This document shows, piece by piece, positions 27,745 to 38,591 of a DNA stretch of 40,000 nt. The DNA is taken from assembly GCF_059553335.1 (NCBI RefSeq), contig NZ_CM183924.1. One strand, given 5' to 3'. Positions within the stretch are counted from its first letter, which is position 1; each line of letters begins with the position of its first letter. The notes below the pieces were generated by a model. The model saw only the letters and a list, made by a program, of their open reading frames with translations, was not told where the DNA came from and ran no database searches. A program made the position numbers and the translations under genes.

Positions 27745-28173
27745 TTTACATTTCTCTCATTTGATTAGAGCAAAATCCGAATTCGCAGCTTCTGATAATG
27801 TCAAATATCACCTTTTCTCATGCTTTATTCTATCAAAAATCGCTCATTTTTACTTTTTTTACCATAATGTTACTTAGTGGCATCGGCAATTTACATAACT
27901 TACATGTTGTTTTTTATATCCTGAAAAAACAGATAGATAGTGTGCACACTCGAAATGATATTGGTAACATAAATAGCTTTATTCGTGACAAACATCTCAA
28001 AAGATTTCCTTTATTATTTTCGAAATTCATTTGATCAAGGTTATCACCTTATGGAGACGTTACGTAGAATGACTATATTTGTTATCGGCACATTAGGGGT
28101 ATTAAATTTAGTATTGATGGAAGGTGATTATTGAACAGTAACATCGAGTCACGGTCAAAATGTGAGGTATATA

Positions 28174-28599
28174 ATGGACATTGAGTTTTCGCAGATTCAT
28201 GAAATGGTCTATATGCATGATATTGTAAATTCGGACTCGAAAAAGAAACCAAGGATTCCGTTAAAAAAATTCCTTAATGCTGAGAAGGTTCTCACGCAAA
28301 CAACATCATGGGTACTAAATTCAAGATATGTGAATGTTAATTCTGTCAGTAAAGTCAACGTAAAGAGTAAAGTTAAAAACAGTTATATCTCACGATCTGT
28401 CAATGATGAGTTTAGTTTAACAGATGATGAAATCAATTCTTTTAAAGAAACGTTAGTCCTTTCCTCTATTGATTCTCTAAGTAAACTGGTTCTTAATAAT
28501 CCTCTTTCTGTATTGTTTACATCGACTGTACGAAGGAATAATAATAGAGCTAAGATGAATGTTGAGTTCGACTCATGGATTTGCACCAGATGTTGTTGA
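28174..28599 (+). CDS. yqeK: ETT2 protein of unknown function (YqeK)
   Basis: ORF 28162..28599. ATG 28174 is preceded by a GAGG SD and gives 141 aa. Locus order matches yqeK. Confidence 0.75.
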   Translation: MDIEFSQIHEMVYMHDIVNSDSKKKPRIPLKKFLNAEKVLTQTTSWVLNSRYVNVNSVSKVNVKSKVKNSYISRSVNDEFSLTDDEINSFKETLVLSSIDSLSKLVLNNPLSVLFTSTVRRNNNRAKMNVEFDSWICTRCC

Positions 28600-28747
28600 T
28601 ACATGATATTTTGCATTGCAAGGTGATATCTAAAATGAAAGATGTTGATCAAAACTTTGATGCTTTATACTGGCATATACTACAAGCATATTTAATTTTA
28701 TTGTTTTATGATTAACGAGGTTCCATCTTTTTATTATCTATTTAAGT

Positions 28748-29242
28748 TTACCTTGCACAATGCATTATTGCTCTGTTACCAATACTCAAAATAAAAGCAT
28801 GCTTACCTTGCTTTAGTATATTATAGCTTACACTTTTTTCTGGAAAGACATAAAAATCAGGAATAAGTTCTGCAAGTCTATCATCATCGACTTGATCCAT
28901 GATCTCAAATTTATTAACTTTCTTTGATGTTAAATGGGCTGTGTCATAGTTTTCAATCCATGTGTATTCAATATTTCGCCGTATTGACTTACTTTCTCTG
29001 TTACCTTGTTGCCAGGTTCCGCTCAACGCAACAGTTCCTGTTTTATTTTTTTGGTTATACATAAAGTCGATGGTAAGATTTGCTCGCCCCTTGTCATTAA
29101 AAATTACCCAATTTGCAGTGCATGTTTCATTATATATCATTTTTTCTGCAGTATAAGAGTAAACAATGAAGAGAATAAACCCACTGATAAAAACTAAAAT
29201 AAATAATAAGTTTTTTTTATAATCAATCACGATTAACCTCAC
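28748..29242 (-). CDS. yqeJ: Single-TM periplasmic-domain protein (YqeJ, FidL-like)
   Basis: N-terminal TM (NLLFILVFISGFILFIVYSYT), beta-rich extracytoplasmic domain with two Cys. It overlaps yqeI by 20 nt. Confidence 0.82.
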   Translation of the reverse strand: MRLIVIDYKKNLLFILVFISGFILFIVYSYTAEKMIYNETCTANWVIFNDKGRANLTIDFMYNQKNKTGTVALSGTWQQGNRESKSIRRNIEYTWIENYDTAHLTSKKVNKFEIMDQVDDDRLAELIPDFYVFPEKSVSYNILKQGKHAFILSIGNRAIMHCAR

Positions 29243-30032
29243 GGTAAGACAGGGTTAAACAGCCTGCCACTTCATGTTGGTTATAGTTTTTATTGCATGC
29301 CATAACAATCATCCCTGGTGAGGATTTTGCAAGAGGGAAGTATAACCACGGATATTTTTTACAGTTAATCCCCGAATCCAGTATCCGTGTCTTATATTTA
29401 TCGAACTCTTTCAACCCATCAATTGTATCTTCTGTCACATTAAAATGGCAGCCATTAATTTCAGCAACAGTCTTGTAATCCTTGAAGAATGGCTTCGGTT
29501 GATTATTATTCCATAGCCAATGTGCAGAATATACGCCTATAGCAAATATGCTCAACATAATTAGATAACTTTTTATATGTCTGAGGATTTTGTTATTGAA
29601 ATTGTTTGCGCCACCAATGCTCTCTTTGTACCCCGCATTACCTTTTATGGCAGGTGGGGCATTGTGTGTATGTGCGTCTGTTGAAGAGTTTATTACATGA
29701 TTTTGTATGTTAATGTCATTATGAATCTTGAATCCTCTTCTCGGCACGGTTGCAATAAGCGAGTGGGTGGTATCACCAACAGCGCGAAATCCGCGTCTGA
29801 TAATGGATATGTTCTGATATAACGTGTTAGTTGGCACACGCATACCTTCTTCTTCCCAGACTCTGGTGAAAAAATCTTGTTGTGCAACCACATCAGGAAA
29901 AGCTTCAAGTAGAAGTGATAAACAACGACTGGCTGGCGTTGTCAGAACGACGTTAAGATCGGCGTTATGTACCGATATTAATTTTCGGTGCTCAGGCCAG
30001 AACTCGATATTATCGTTAATAATCCAGTACAT
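29223..30032 (-). CDS. yqeI: ToxR-like membrane-anchored wHTH transcriptional regulator (YqeI)
   Basis: N-terminal wHTH (..TPASRCLSLLLEAFPDVVAQQDFFTRVWEEEGMRVPTNTLYQNISIIRRGFRAVG..LIATVPRRGFKI), internal TM (SYLIMLSIFAIGVYSAHWLW), C-terminal periplasmic domain with 4 Cys. Confidence 0.88.
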   Translation of the reverse strand: MYWIINDNIEFWPEHRKLISVHNADLNVVLTTPASRCLSLLLEAFPDVVAQQDFFTRVWEEEGMRVPTNTLYQNISIIRRGFRAVGDTTHSLIATVPRRGFKIHNDINIQNHVINSSTDAHTHNAPPAIKGNAGYKESIGGANNFNNKILRHIKSYLIMLSIFAIGVYSAHWLWNNNQPKPFFKDYKTVAEINGCHFNVTEDTIDGLKEFDKYKTRILDSGINCKKYPWLYFPLAKSSPGMIVMACNKNYNQHEVAGCLTLSYREVNRD

Positions 30033-30365
30033 ACGTCAATAGACACTAAATCAATCGAAATGGAAATCACATAGTTTGCTAAGTATATTGGTATTTACGG
30101 CATAAATATATATTAATTTTATATTTATCATAATGATTGAAATGAGGCTTTAATGTCGCAACGTAAAACTTTACGTAAATTAACATGATTAACATTTATG
30201 CCACTATTGTTTGTAAATTCATATTTCGTAATGCTTCTGAATTTTTCGTGTGATGGTTTTAAATACCATGTTGTTTACTCTTGGGGTTACTGCTTATTTG
30301 TAAAATACGGGCATTTCAATAGATGCCCGTATAAGCAGAGTATGATTCTGGCAGATTATTGAGTA

Positions 30366-31058
30366 TCAATGTTGGACCGAATGTGAACGAATAAATAACT
30401 CGTTTATTTTACCACCCATTCTCTTTTCGATTCGTTGCTTGTACGCGTAGATGCTACGGATATCCATATCCAGAACTTCAGCAATCTGATATGGATTATA
30501 ACCAGAAACCATATATCCCATTATGGTGAATTCCATCTGAGTTAATGTGTTCCCTCTGGTAAATGATAAATAACGACCAATAAATAGTTGTCTGATCTTT
30601 TCATTGGCAACATCAAGACCATCATCATTATATATGACAGCAGATATTGCAGAGTTGTGTTTTCGCCAGTAGTTAGCTAACGATTGCATATTTCGGTCGC
30701 TGACTAAAACAATCCCCATGTCAGTACTTGCAAGATAGTCAATCCAGTCTTTTTCAAGGAATAGACGTAAAAAACTTACTGAAAAATCGACAAAAATATA
30801 TCCGCTTAATCTCGCATTGTGGTTTTTTGTTAAGATACCTTCCACCACACCACGATTAAAATATGAACTTTCTTCGGGCCACATACAAAAACACGAGTTT
30901 GCGCAATACTGCAAACGCGGTGACTCTTCTGGCATTATTTGGCAATGCATTGAGCAACTATTGCATGTAAGACTTTTATAACGACTACAAAGCCCCATGT
31001 TAAGAACCTCCCTATCCGTATATAATTGCATAATTTCATTGGTTATTGATGATGTCAA
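30366..31058 (-). CDS. yqeH: LuxR-type HTH regulator with Cys-rich N terminus (YqeH)
   Basis: C-terminal HTH (LTQMEFTIMGYMVSGYNPYQIAEVLDMDIRSIYAYKQRIEKRMG) and an N-terminal seven-Cys cluster. Position at the right end of ETT2 next to yqeG. Confidence 0.85.
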   Translation of the reverse strand: MTSSITNEIMQLYTDREVLNMGLCSRYKSLTCNSCSMHCQIMPEESPRLQYCANSCFCMWPEESSYFNRGVVEGILTKNHNARLSGYIFVDFSVSFLRLFLEKDWIDYLASTDMGIVLVSDRNMQSLANYWRKHNSAISAVIYNDDGLDVANEKIRQLFIGRYLSFTRGNTLTQMEFTIMGYMVSGYNPYQIAEVLDMDIRSIYAYKQRIEKRMGGKINELFIRSHSVQH

Positions 31059-31457
31059 TACACCATGATTTTGTAATTTTGCTGGGAAAAATTGCGATTA
31101 ATCTGTATTTGCTATAATTCTGAGTAAAGCATTTAAAAATGCATTTCTCGTTATTAAATATGATTATGTTTCACTGATTTAATCTTACCTGGTTGATGGT
31201 GGTTCAGATAACTATCTCATGGTATGAGAATATCTATATCGCAAATTGTTTTTGAATGACCAGAAGATATCTTGCGAATCTAAGTTATGCATCTTAAATA
31301 GTCTTATTTAAGATGTTCAGATCTCTTTGTGTGTTTAACTAACTGATAATACTAGAATATGACGAGAGAAGTGATAGAGCGGAATTATAACAAATGAACA
31401 TTATGAAAACTGGAATGGTTCAAAATTGTAGCAATTTTGAACCATTCACAATGGATA

Positions 31458-32687
31458 TTAGCTAAAGAACATTACCGATACGCACAGGATACCCACGATC
31501 AGCGTAATCAGATTTCCGATGGAACGCCAGGGTTTAAGCGCCGGGATGAGATACGTTGACAGCGTAGGCATGATGAAAAGTATCATGGCAATGAGCGGGC
31601 CGCTGATCGCGTAAATCATCGAAATCGCGTTCGGGTTAATGCAACAAACAATGAAGGTAATGAGCGATACCAACATAATTGATAGTGCGCGGTTAAATGC
31701 ACGACTTTTCTTTACACCAACCTGCTGTAGTGTTGTTTTGACGACCTCTGTGGCACCTTCAATAACGCCAAAGTACGTACCCAGGAATGATTTCGACATC
31801 GCAACTACTGCGACAATAATCCCGGAAATTGACAACCATGCTGGGGCGTTCGGCAGCATAGAAAGCGCCGATAAAATGGTAACCCCTTCTTCTTTAGCCG
31901 CTTCAATATACGAAGGTGGAATAGAAAGCAGGCAGCTAAAGACAAAGAACAGTACACTTATGCAGATGATGAGATAAGCGACTTTCATAATTTTTTTGCA
32001 TTTATCCATAGCATGTTCGCCATATTTTTCACGTCTGTCTATGGCAAACGTAGAAATAATGGGCGTATGGCTAAAGGCGAAAACCATCACGGGAATCGAT
32101 ATCCATATCTGGTGAAGGGTATTCTGATTGAACTCTACCTGGGTAGTTAATAGTTCAGGTTGCCAACTACCGACCAGGTAAATAGAAAGAAATAAGAAAT
32201 AGGCAATCAATGGGAATACCAAAAATCCCATTACCCGAATAGTGGCATGGCGTCCCATCAGAAAAATGAGATTCAGGATTAATACAACACCCAGACTCAC
32301 CAACATACGGATGCGAAGATCAATAACCATATGCTTTGCCAGCTGTTCCGTAAGTGAGTTGGTAATTGCAACGGCATATATCAACACGACGACAAAAAAG
32401 GCGATGAAGTACAGCGTGGTAATCAGATTACCAATCTTCTTGCCATAGTAGTGTGTTACTGCGCCCGTTATCCCTTCACCTGCTGATGTTTTTGATGAGA
32501 GGATGAACTGGCATAAGGCTTTATGTGGCCAATATGTTAAAGGCCAGGCGACCAGAGCAGTAATAAACAGGACCACAGCCCCTGCCGAACCTAACTGAAT
32601 AGGAAGGAAGAGCGTGCCTGCACCAACGGCTGTGCCGTAGAGCGCGAAACTCCACAGAGTTTCTTCTTTTGACCAAATATTAGACAT
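31458..32687 (-). CDS. yqeG: SdaC/STP-family amino acid (serine) transporter
   Basis: 11-12 TM hydroxy/aromatic amino acid permease family sequence (WSKEETLWSFALYGTAVGAGTLFLPIQLGSAG...FSHTPIISTFAIDRR). Confidence 0.93.
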   Translation of the reverse strand: MSNIWSKEETLWSFALYGTAVGAGTLFLPIQLGSAGAVVLFITALVAWPLTYWPHKALCQFILSSKTSAGEGITGAVTHYYGKKIGNLITTLYFIAFFVVVLIYAVAITNSLTEQLAKHMVIDLRIRMLVSLGVVLILNLIFLMGRHATIRVMGFLVFPLIAYFLFLSIYLVGSWQPELLTTQVEFNQNTLHQIWISIPVMVFAFSHTPIISTFAIDRREKYGEHAMDKCKKIMKVAYLIICISVLFFVFSCLLSIPPSYIEAAKEEGVTILSALSMLPNAPAWLSISGIIVAVVAMSKSFLGTYFGVIEGATEVVKTTLQQVGVKKSRAFNRALSIMLVSLITFIVCCINPNAISMIYAISGPLIAMILFIMPTLSTYLIPALKPWRSIGNLITLIVGILCVSVMFFS

Positions 32688-32938
32688 TATCTGAACGTAT
32701 CATCTACAAATTAAACAAAATGGAGGGCAATTTACCATAAACCAGGTTAAGTATGGGAGATTAACGCCCTTTCTACCTCTCTATTGGTGGGTTAGTGGTT
32801 GCAAACCTTACGTGCCAGTTATGTCTCTGACTGCTGGTCAGGCGTATTTCCTTTGTGATAAAAATCACTTTTTTTAAACAATTAAGATAACTGTAATTAA
32901 CAATCATTTACTATTGCACTGTTAATTGGTGCGAGGTT

Positions 32939-34123
32939 GTGATGAAAGACGTTGTGATTGTCGGGGCGTTACGGACACCTATCGGCTGCTTTCGTGGTGC
33001 GTTAGCGGGTCATTCCGCCGTGGAACTTGGCAGCCTGGTCGTGAAAGCGTTAATAGAACGTACCGGTGTTTCTGCATATGCGGTGGATGAAGTGATTCTT
33101 GGTCAGGTGTTGACTGCAGGGGCAGGGCAGAATCCGGCAAGGCAATCGGCTATTAAAGGTGGTCTTCCTAATAGCGTTTCTGCAATCACGATTAATGACG
33201 TTTGCGGTTCCGGGCTTAAAGCACTGCATCTGGCTACTCAGGCGATACAGTGTGGCGAGGCTGATATTGTCATCGCCGGTGGTCAGGAAAACATGAGTCG
33301 CGCACCACATGTTCTGACTGATAGCCGCACCGGTGCACAGCTTGGTAATAGCCAGTTGGTTGATAGTCTTGTGCACGATGGGTTGTGGGATGCCTTCAAT
33401 GATTATCATATTGGTGTCACCGCCGAAAATCTGGCTCGCGAATATGGCATCAGCCGTCAGTTGCAGGATGCTTACGCACTTAGCTCGCAACAAAAAGCGC
33501 GAGCGGCGATTGACGCCGGACGATTTAAAGATGAGATCGTCCCGGTAATGACCCAAAGTAACGGTCAGACGTTGGTTGTAGATACCGATGAACAGCCACG
33601 CACTGACGCCAGTGCAGAAGGCTTAGCCCGTTTAAATCCTTCATTTGATAGTCTCGGCTCTGTGACAGCGGGTAATGCATCATCCATAAACGATGGCGCA
33701 GCTGCAGTAATGATGATGAGCGAAGCCAAAGCACGAGCGTTGAATTTACCCGTGCTGGCCCGCATCCGCGCATTTGCCAGCGTTGGTGTAGATCCGGCAT
33801 TGATGGGAATTGCGCCGGTGTATGCGACCCGCCGTTGCCTGGAGCGTGTTGGCTGGCAGTTGGCTGATGTCGATCTTATCGAGGCTAATGAAGCGTTTGC
33901 TGCACAGGCGCTTTCGGTTGGCAAGATGCTTGAATGGGATGAGCGTCGGGTCAATGTCAATGGTGGCGCGATCGCACTCGGTCACCCAATAGGCGCTTCC
34001 GGTTGCCGAATCCTCGTTTCTCTGGTTCATGAAATGGTGAAACGTAATGCCCGCAAAGGACTGGCTACGCTTTGTATCGGCGGGGGCCAGGGCGTGGCAT
34101 TGACCATTGAACGTGACGAATAG
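32939..34123 (+). CDS. yqeF: Acetyl-CoA acetyltransferase (thiolase)
   Basis: Thiolase motifs: AITINDVCGSGLKALHLATQAI (active Cys), GGQENMSRAPHV, NVNGGAIALGHPIGASGCRILVSLVHEM, CIGGGQGVAL. Confidence 0.96.
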   Translation: MMKDVVIVGALRTPIGCFRGALAGHSAVELGSLVVKALIERTGVSAYAVDEVILGQVLTAGAGQNPARQSAIKGGLPNSVSAITINDVCGSGLKALHLATQAIQCGEADIVIAGGQENMSRAPHVLTDSRTGAQLGNSQLVDSLVHDGLWDAFNDYHIGVTAENLAREYGISRQLQDAYALSSQQKARAAIDAGRFKDEIVPVMTQSNGQTLVVDTDEQPRTDASAEGLARLNPSFDSLGSVTAGNASSINDGAAAVMMMSEAKARALNLPVLARIRAFASVGVDPALMGIAPVYATRRCLERVGWQLADVDLIEANEAFAAQALSVGKMLEWDERRVNVNGGAIALGHPIGASGCRILVSLVHEMVKRNARKGLATLCIGGGQGVALTIERDE

Positions 34124-34409
34124 CTCTGCATTTCCTCCTTACCGATAAATATCAGCCGTCATTAATCTGTTGAATAATGGTGGCTGGCGAGTCGACATAC
34201 ATTTTCAGGGCTCCCTGATTTTCCCATTCTCATGACATATTCATGATCGACACTGCACTTTTTTCAGTCCTTAACTTAGAAATGAAACATTGTTTTATTT
34301 TTAATTGAAAACCCTATCCCGTGGGCATATCATCCTCTTATAGAGAAAACGAAACAGCGTTTCACTATCGTTTTCTATTTTCACGCTTCACTGATTATCG
34401 GAGGTTGAT

Positions 34410-35246
34410 GTGGACGTAAGACAGAGCATCCACAGTGCGCATGCAAAAACGCTGGATACCCAGGGGCTGCGCAATGAATTTTTGGTTGAAAAGGTATTTG
34501 TCGCTGATGAGTACACCATGGTTTACAGCCACATTGACCGTATTATTGTTGGCGGCATTATGCCGGTAACTAAAACGGTTTCCGTTGGCGGGGAAGTTGG
34601 TAAACAACTCGGGGTAAGCTATTTCCTTGAACGTCGCGAGTTAGGTGTTATCAATATTGGCGGTGCCGGTACGATTACCGTCGATGGTCAATGCTATGAA
34701 ATCGGTCACCGCGACGCCCTGTATGTTGGTAAAGGTACAAAAGAAGTTGTCTTTGCCAGTATTGATACCGCCACTCCGGCGAAGTTTTATTACAATTGCG
34801 CACCTGCGCATACGACGTATCCCACCAAAAAAGTCACACCGGACGAAGTATCTCCAGTCACGTTAGGCGATAACCTCACCAGTAACCGTCGCACGATTAA
34901 CAAATATTTTGTCCCGGATGTACTGGAAACCTGCCAATTGAGTATGGGGCTGACGGTGCTGGCTCCGGGTAACTTGTGGAACACCATGCCGTGTCACACC
35001 CACGAGCGCCGGATGGAAGTTTATTTCTATTTCAATATGGATGATGACGCCTGCGTTTTCCACATGATGGGGCAGCCGCAAGAAACGCGTCATATTGTGA
35101 TGCATAACGAGCAGGCGGTGATCTCCCCGAGCTGGTCGATCCATTCCGGTGTCGGAACCAAAGCTTATACCTTTATCTGGGGCATGGTCGGTGAAAACCA
35201 GGTCTTTGATGATATGGACCATGTGGCCGTTAAAGATTTGCGCTAG
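34410..35246 (+). CDS. kduI: 5-keto-4-deoxyuronate isomerase
   Basis: KduI family cupin, [45 protein letters not shown]..., full length 278 aa. Confidence 0.96.
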   Translation: MDVRQSIHSAHAKTLDTQGLRNEFLVEKVFVADEYTMVYSHIDRIIVGGIMPVTKTVSVGGEVGKQLGVSYFLERRELGVINIGGAGTITVDGQCYEIGHRDALYVGKGTKEVVFASIDTATPAKFYYNCAPAHTTYPTKKVTPDEVSPVTLGDNLTSNRRTINKYFVPDVLETCQLSMGLTVLAPGNLWNTMPCHTHERRMEVYFYFNMDDDACVFHMMGQPQETRHIVMHNEQAVISPSWSIHSGVGTKAYTFIWGMVGENQVFDDMDHVAVKDLR

Positions 35247-35275
35247 TTGTGGGCATAAACGAATAAGGTATTGTT

Positions 35276-36037
35276 ATGATTTTAAGTGCATTTTCTCTCG
35301 AAGGTAAAGTTGCGGTCGTCACTGGTTGTGATACTGGACTGGGCCAGGGGATGGCGTTGGGGCTGGCGCAAGCGGGCTGTGACATTGTTGGCATTAACAT
35401 CGTTGAACCGACTGAAACCATCAAGCAGGTCACGGCGCTGGGGCGTCGTTTTTTAAGCCTGACCGCCGATCTGCGAAAGATTGATGGCATTCCAGCACTG
35501 CTGGATCGCGCGGTAGCGGAGTTTGGTCATATTGATATCCTGGTGAATAACGCCGGATTGATTCGCCGCGAAGATGCTCTCGAGTTCAGCGAAAAAGACT
35601 GGGACGATGTCATGAACCTGAATATCAAGAGCGTATTCTTCATGTCTCAGGCAGCGGCGAAACACTTTATCGCGCAAGGCAATGGCGGCAAGATTATCAA
35701 TATCGCGTCAATGCTCTCCTTCCAGGGCGGGATCCGTGTGCCTTCTTATACCGCATCAAAAAGCGGCGTGATGGGTGTGACGCGATTGATGGCGAACGAA
35801 TGGGCTAAACACAACATTAATGTTAATGCGATAGCTCCGGGTTACATGGCGACCAATAATACTCAACAACTACGGGCAGATGAACAACGTAGCGCGGAAA
35901 TTCTCGACCGCATTCCAGCTGGCCGTTGGGGACTGCCGAGTGACCTGATGGGGCCGGTGGTGTTCCTTGCCTCCAGCGCTTCAGATTATGTGAATGGTTA
36001 TACCATTGCCGTGGATGGCGGTTGGCTGGCTCGTTAA
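35276..36037 (+). CDS. kduD: 2-deoxy-D-gluconate 3-dehydrogenase (SDR family)
   Basis: SDR fold: TGCDTGLGQGMALGLAQAG, NNAG, YTASKSGVMG; downstream of kduI. Confidence 0.95.
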   Translation: MILSAFSLEGKVAVVTGCDTGLGQGMALGLAQAGCDIVGINIVEPTETIKQVTALGRRFLSLTADLRKIDGIPALLDRAVAEFGHIDILVNNAGLIRREDALEFSEKDWDDVMNLNIKSVFFMSQAAAKHFIAQGNGGKIINIASMLSFQGGIRVPSYTASKSGVMGVTRLMANEWAKHNINVNAIAPGYMATNNTQQLRADEQRSAEILDRIPAGRWGLPSDLMGPVVFLASSASDYVNGYTIAVDGGWLAR

Positions 36038-36058
36038 TCCATTCTTCTTACTTTTATG

Positions 36059-36084
36059 ACCCTGCCGCATGGCAGGGTTTTTTA
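36059..36084 (+). terminator. Rho-independent terminator after kduID
   Basis: ACCCTGCC-GCAT-GGCAGGGT followed by TTTTT. Confidence 0.9.
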
Positions 36085-36252
36085 TACCTGTAGATCATCA
36101 TAATCCATATCATGGTTATGAAATAATCCATATCAATTATCAATTGATGAACTTTATGAATTTTATCTGCTTTAAAATTAGGTGGTTAATAATAATCTCA
36201 ATAATTCAACTTAATTTGAAAATTGGAATATCCATCACATAACGACATGTCG

Positions 36253-36290
36253 TAGCAATTTAATCCATATTTATGCTATTTCCGACCTGA
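36253..36290 (+). promoter_or_regulatory. Putative AraC operator in the araE promoter
   Basis: TAGCAATTTAATCCATA (36253-36269) matches the AraC half-site pattern TAGC-N7-TCCATA and is followed by a second half-site-like TATGCTATTTCCGACC, ~60-100 bp upstream of the araE ATG. Confidence 0.6.
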
Positions 36291-36351
36291 CACCTGTGTG
36301 AATTGTTCACGTATTTTTTCACTATGTCTTACTCTCTGCTGGCAGGAAAAA

Positions 36352-37770
36352 ATGGTTACTATCAATACGGAATCTGCTTTAACGCCACGTCCTCTGCGGG
36401 ATACGCGGCGTATGAATATGTTTGTTTCGGTAGCTGCTGCGGTCGCAGGATTGTTATTTGGTCTTGATATCGGCGTAATCGCCGGAGCGTTGCCGTTCAT
36501 TACCGATCACTTTGTGCTGACCAGCCGTTTGCAGGAATGGGTGGTCAGTAGCATGATGCTCGGCGCGGCAATTGGTGCGCTGTTTAATGGTTGGCTGTCG
36601 TTCCGCCTGGGGCGTAAATACAGCCTGATGGCGGGGGCCATCCTGTTTGTGCTCGGCTCGATAGGGTCCGCTTTTGCGACCAGCGTAGAGATGTTAATCG
36701 CCGCTCGTGTGGTGCTGGGCATTGCTGTCGGGATCGCGTCTTACACCGCTCCTCTGTATCTTTCTGAAATGGCAAGTGAAAACGTTCGCGGTAAGATGAT
36801 CAGTATGTACCAGTTGATGGTCACACTCGGCATCGTGCTGGCGTTTTTATCCGATACAGCGTTCAGTTATAGCGGTAACTGGCGCGCAATGTTGGGGGTT
36901 CTTGCTTTACCAGCAGTCCTGCTGATTATTCTGGTTGTCTTCCTGCCAAATAGCCCGCGCTGGCTGGCGGAAAAAGGGCGTCATATTGAGGCGGAAGAAG
37001 TATTGCGTATGCTGCGCGATACGTCGGAAAAAGCGCGAGAAGAACTCAACGAAATTCGTGAAAGCCTGAAGTTAAAACAGGGCGGTTGGGCACTGTTTAA
37101 GATCAACCGTAACGTCCGTCGTGCTGTATTTCTCGGTATGTTGTTGCAGGCGATGCAGCAGTTTACCGGTATGAACATCATCATGTACTACGCGCCGCGT
37201 ATCTTCAAAATGGCGGGCTTTACGACCACAGAACAACAGATGATTGCGACTCTGGTCGTGGGGCTGACCTTTATGTTCGCCACCTTCATTGCGGTCTTTA
37301 CGGTAGATAAAGCAGGGCGTAAGCCGGCTCTGAAAATTGGTTTCAGCGTGATGGCGTTAGGCACTCTGGTGCTGGGTTACTGCCTGATGCAGTTTGATAA
37401 CGGTACGGCTTCCAGTGGCTTGTCCTGGCTCTCTGTTGGCATGACGATGATGTGTATTGCCGGTTATGCGATGAGCGCCGCGCCAGTGGTGTGGATCTTG
37501 TGCTCTGAAATTCAGCCGCTGAAATGCCGCGATTTTGGCATCACCTGCTCAACGACGACAAACTGGGTGTCGAATATGATTATCGGCGCGACCTTCCTGA
37601 CACTGCTTGATAGCATTGGCGCTGCCGGTACATTCTGGCTCTACACTGCGCTGAACATTGCGTTTGTGGGCATCACTTTCTGGCTCATTCCGGAAACCAA
37701 AAATGTCACGCTGGAACATATCGAACGCAAACTGATGGCAGGCGAGAAGTTGAGAAATATCGGCGTCTGA
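36352..37770 (+). CDS. araE: Arabinose:H+ symporter (MFS)
   Basis: 472 aa from [24 protein letters not shown]. Sugar-porter MFS motifs ([41 protein letters not shown]). Confidence 0.96.
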   Translation: MVTINTESALTPRPLRDTRRMNMFVSVAAAVAGLLFGLDIGVIAGALPFITDHFVLTSRLQEWVVSSMMLGAAIGALFNGWLSFRLGRKYSLMAGAILFVLGSIGSAFATSVEMLIAARVVLGIAVGIASYTAPLYLSEMASENVRGKMISMYQLMVTLGIVLAFLSDTAFSYSGNWRAMLGVLALPAVLLIILVVFLPNSPRWLAEKGRHIEAEEVLRMLRDTSEKAREELNEIRESLKLKQGGWALFKINRNVRRAVFLGMLLQAMQQFTGMNIIMYYAPRIFKMAGFTTTEQQMIATLVVGLTFMFATFIAVFTVDKAGRKPALKIGFSVMALGTLVLGYCLMQFDNGTASSGLSWLSVGMTMMCIAGYAMSAAPVVWILCSEIQPLKCRDFGITCSTTTNWVSNMIIGATFLTLLDSIGAAGTFWLYTALNIAFVGITFWLIPETKNVTLEHIERKLMAGEKLRNIGV

Positions 37771-37776
37771 TTTCAC

Positions 37777-37809
37777 GGGCCGGATGTGCTGTACATCCGG
37801 TCCTTTTTT
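37777..37809 (+). terminator. Rho-independent terminator after araE
   Basis: GGGCCGGATGT-(loop)-ACATCCGGTCC followed by TTTTTT. Confidence 0.88.
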
Positions 37810-37898
37810 CGTTAATAGAGATTGGGCACCTGGCCGTTGAGGCGTTTGTCTCGTTCCTTATTCAGCCTTGTTGCGGTAACACACATCAGGAGAGAGGA

Positions 37899-38591
37899 AT
37901 GAAAACAATTGGTTTGCTGGGAGGAATGAGCTGGGAATCCACCATTCCTTACTATCGTTTGATAAATGAAGGTATTAAACAGCGGCTTGGTGGGCTTCAC
38001 TCTGCGCAAGTGCTGCTACATAGCGTCGATTTTCATGAAATAGAAGAGTGCCAGCGTCGCGGTGAGTGGGACAAAACCGGGGACATTTTGGCTGAGGCGG
38101 CGCTTGGCTTACAGCGGGCGGGCGCAGAAGGCATTGTGTTATGTACCAATACGATGCACAAAGTGGCGGATGCCATTGAGTCTCGTTGCTCTCTGCCTTT
38201 CTTACACATTGCGGATGCCACTGGACGTGCAATTATCCGGGCTGGAATGACTCGTGTGGCGCTGCTGGGTACGCGTTACACCATGGAACAGGATTTTTAT
38301 CGCGGGCGGCTGACGGAACAATTTTCCATCAACTGTCTCATTCCTGAAGCGGATGAACGGGCGAAAATTAATCAGATTATTTTTGAAGAACTGTGTCTGG
38401 GGCAATTTACCGAAGCGTCACGCACTTATTATGCGCAAGTGATTGCTCGCCTTGCAGAACAGGGCGCACAGGGCGTTATTTTTGGCTGCACAGAAATTGG
38501 TTTACTGGTGCCAGAAGAGCGCAGTGTTCTGCCTGTGTTTGATACCGCGGCGATCCATGCCGAGGATGCTGTCGCTTTTATGCTGTCGTAG
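37899..38591 (+). CDS. ygeA: Broad-specificity amino-acid racemase (Asp/Glu racemase family)
   Basis: [54 protein letters not shown]. Confidence 0.94.
   Translation: MKTIGLLGGMSWESTIPYYRLINEGIKQRLGGLHSAQVLLHSVDFHEIEECQRRGEWDKTGDILAEAALGLQRAGAEGIVLCTNTMHKVADAIESRCSLPFLHIADATGRAIIRAGMTRVALLGTRYTMEQDFYRGRLTEQFSINCLIPEADERAKINQIIFEELCLGQFTEASRTYYAQVIARLAEQGAQGVIFGCTEIGLLVPEERSVLPVFDTAAIHAEDAVAFMLS

Larger units (their letters stand above)
3619..31457. other. ETT2 genomic island (T3SS pathogenicity island between glyU and yqeG)
   Basis: AT-rich block between glyU and the housekeeping gene yqeG containing a contiguous SPI-1-like T3SS gene set. Confidence 0.9.

Noticed and set aside
27798-28034. 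78-aa plus-strand ORF between ygeF and yqeK
   Set aside because: No SD, no recognisable family, AT-rich intergenic composition. Kept only as a low-probability possibility.
33050-33556. 168-aa minus-strand ORF
   Set aside because: Entirely antisense to yqeF (thiolase) in a GC-richer region; such long shadow ORFs are expected.
33565-33960. 131-aa minus-strand ORF
   Set aside because: Shadow ORF of yqeF with low-complexity Ser/Ala/Arg composition.
34863-35222. 119-aa minus-strand ORF
   Set aside because: Shadow ORF of kduI.
38578-38591. 14-bp overlap of the convergent ygeA and lysR 3' ends
   Set aside because: Consistent with the normal compact E. coli arrangement; not unusual.
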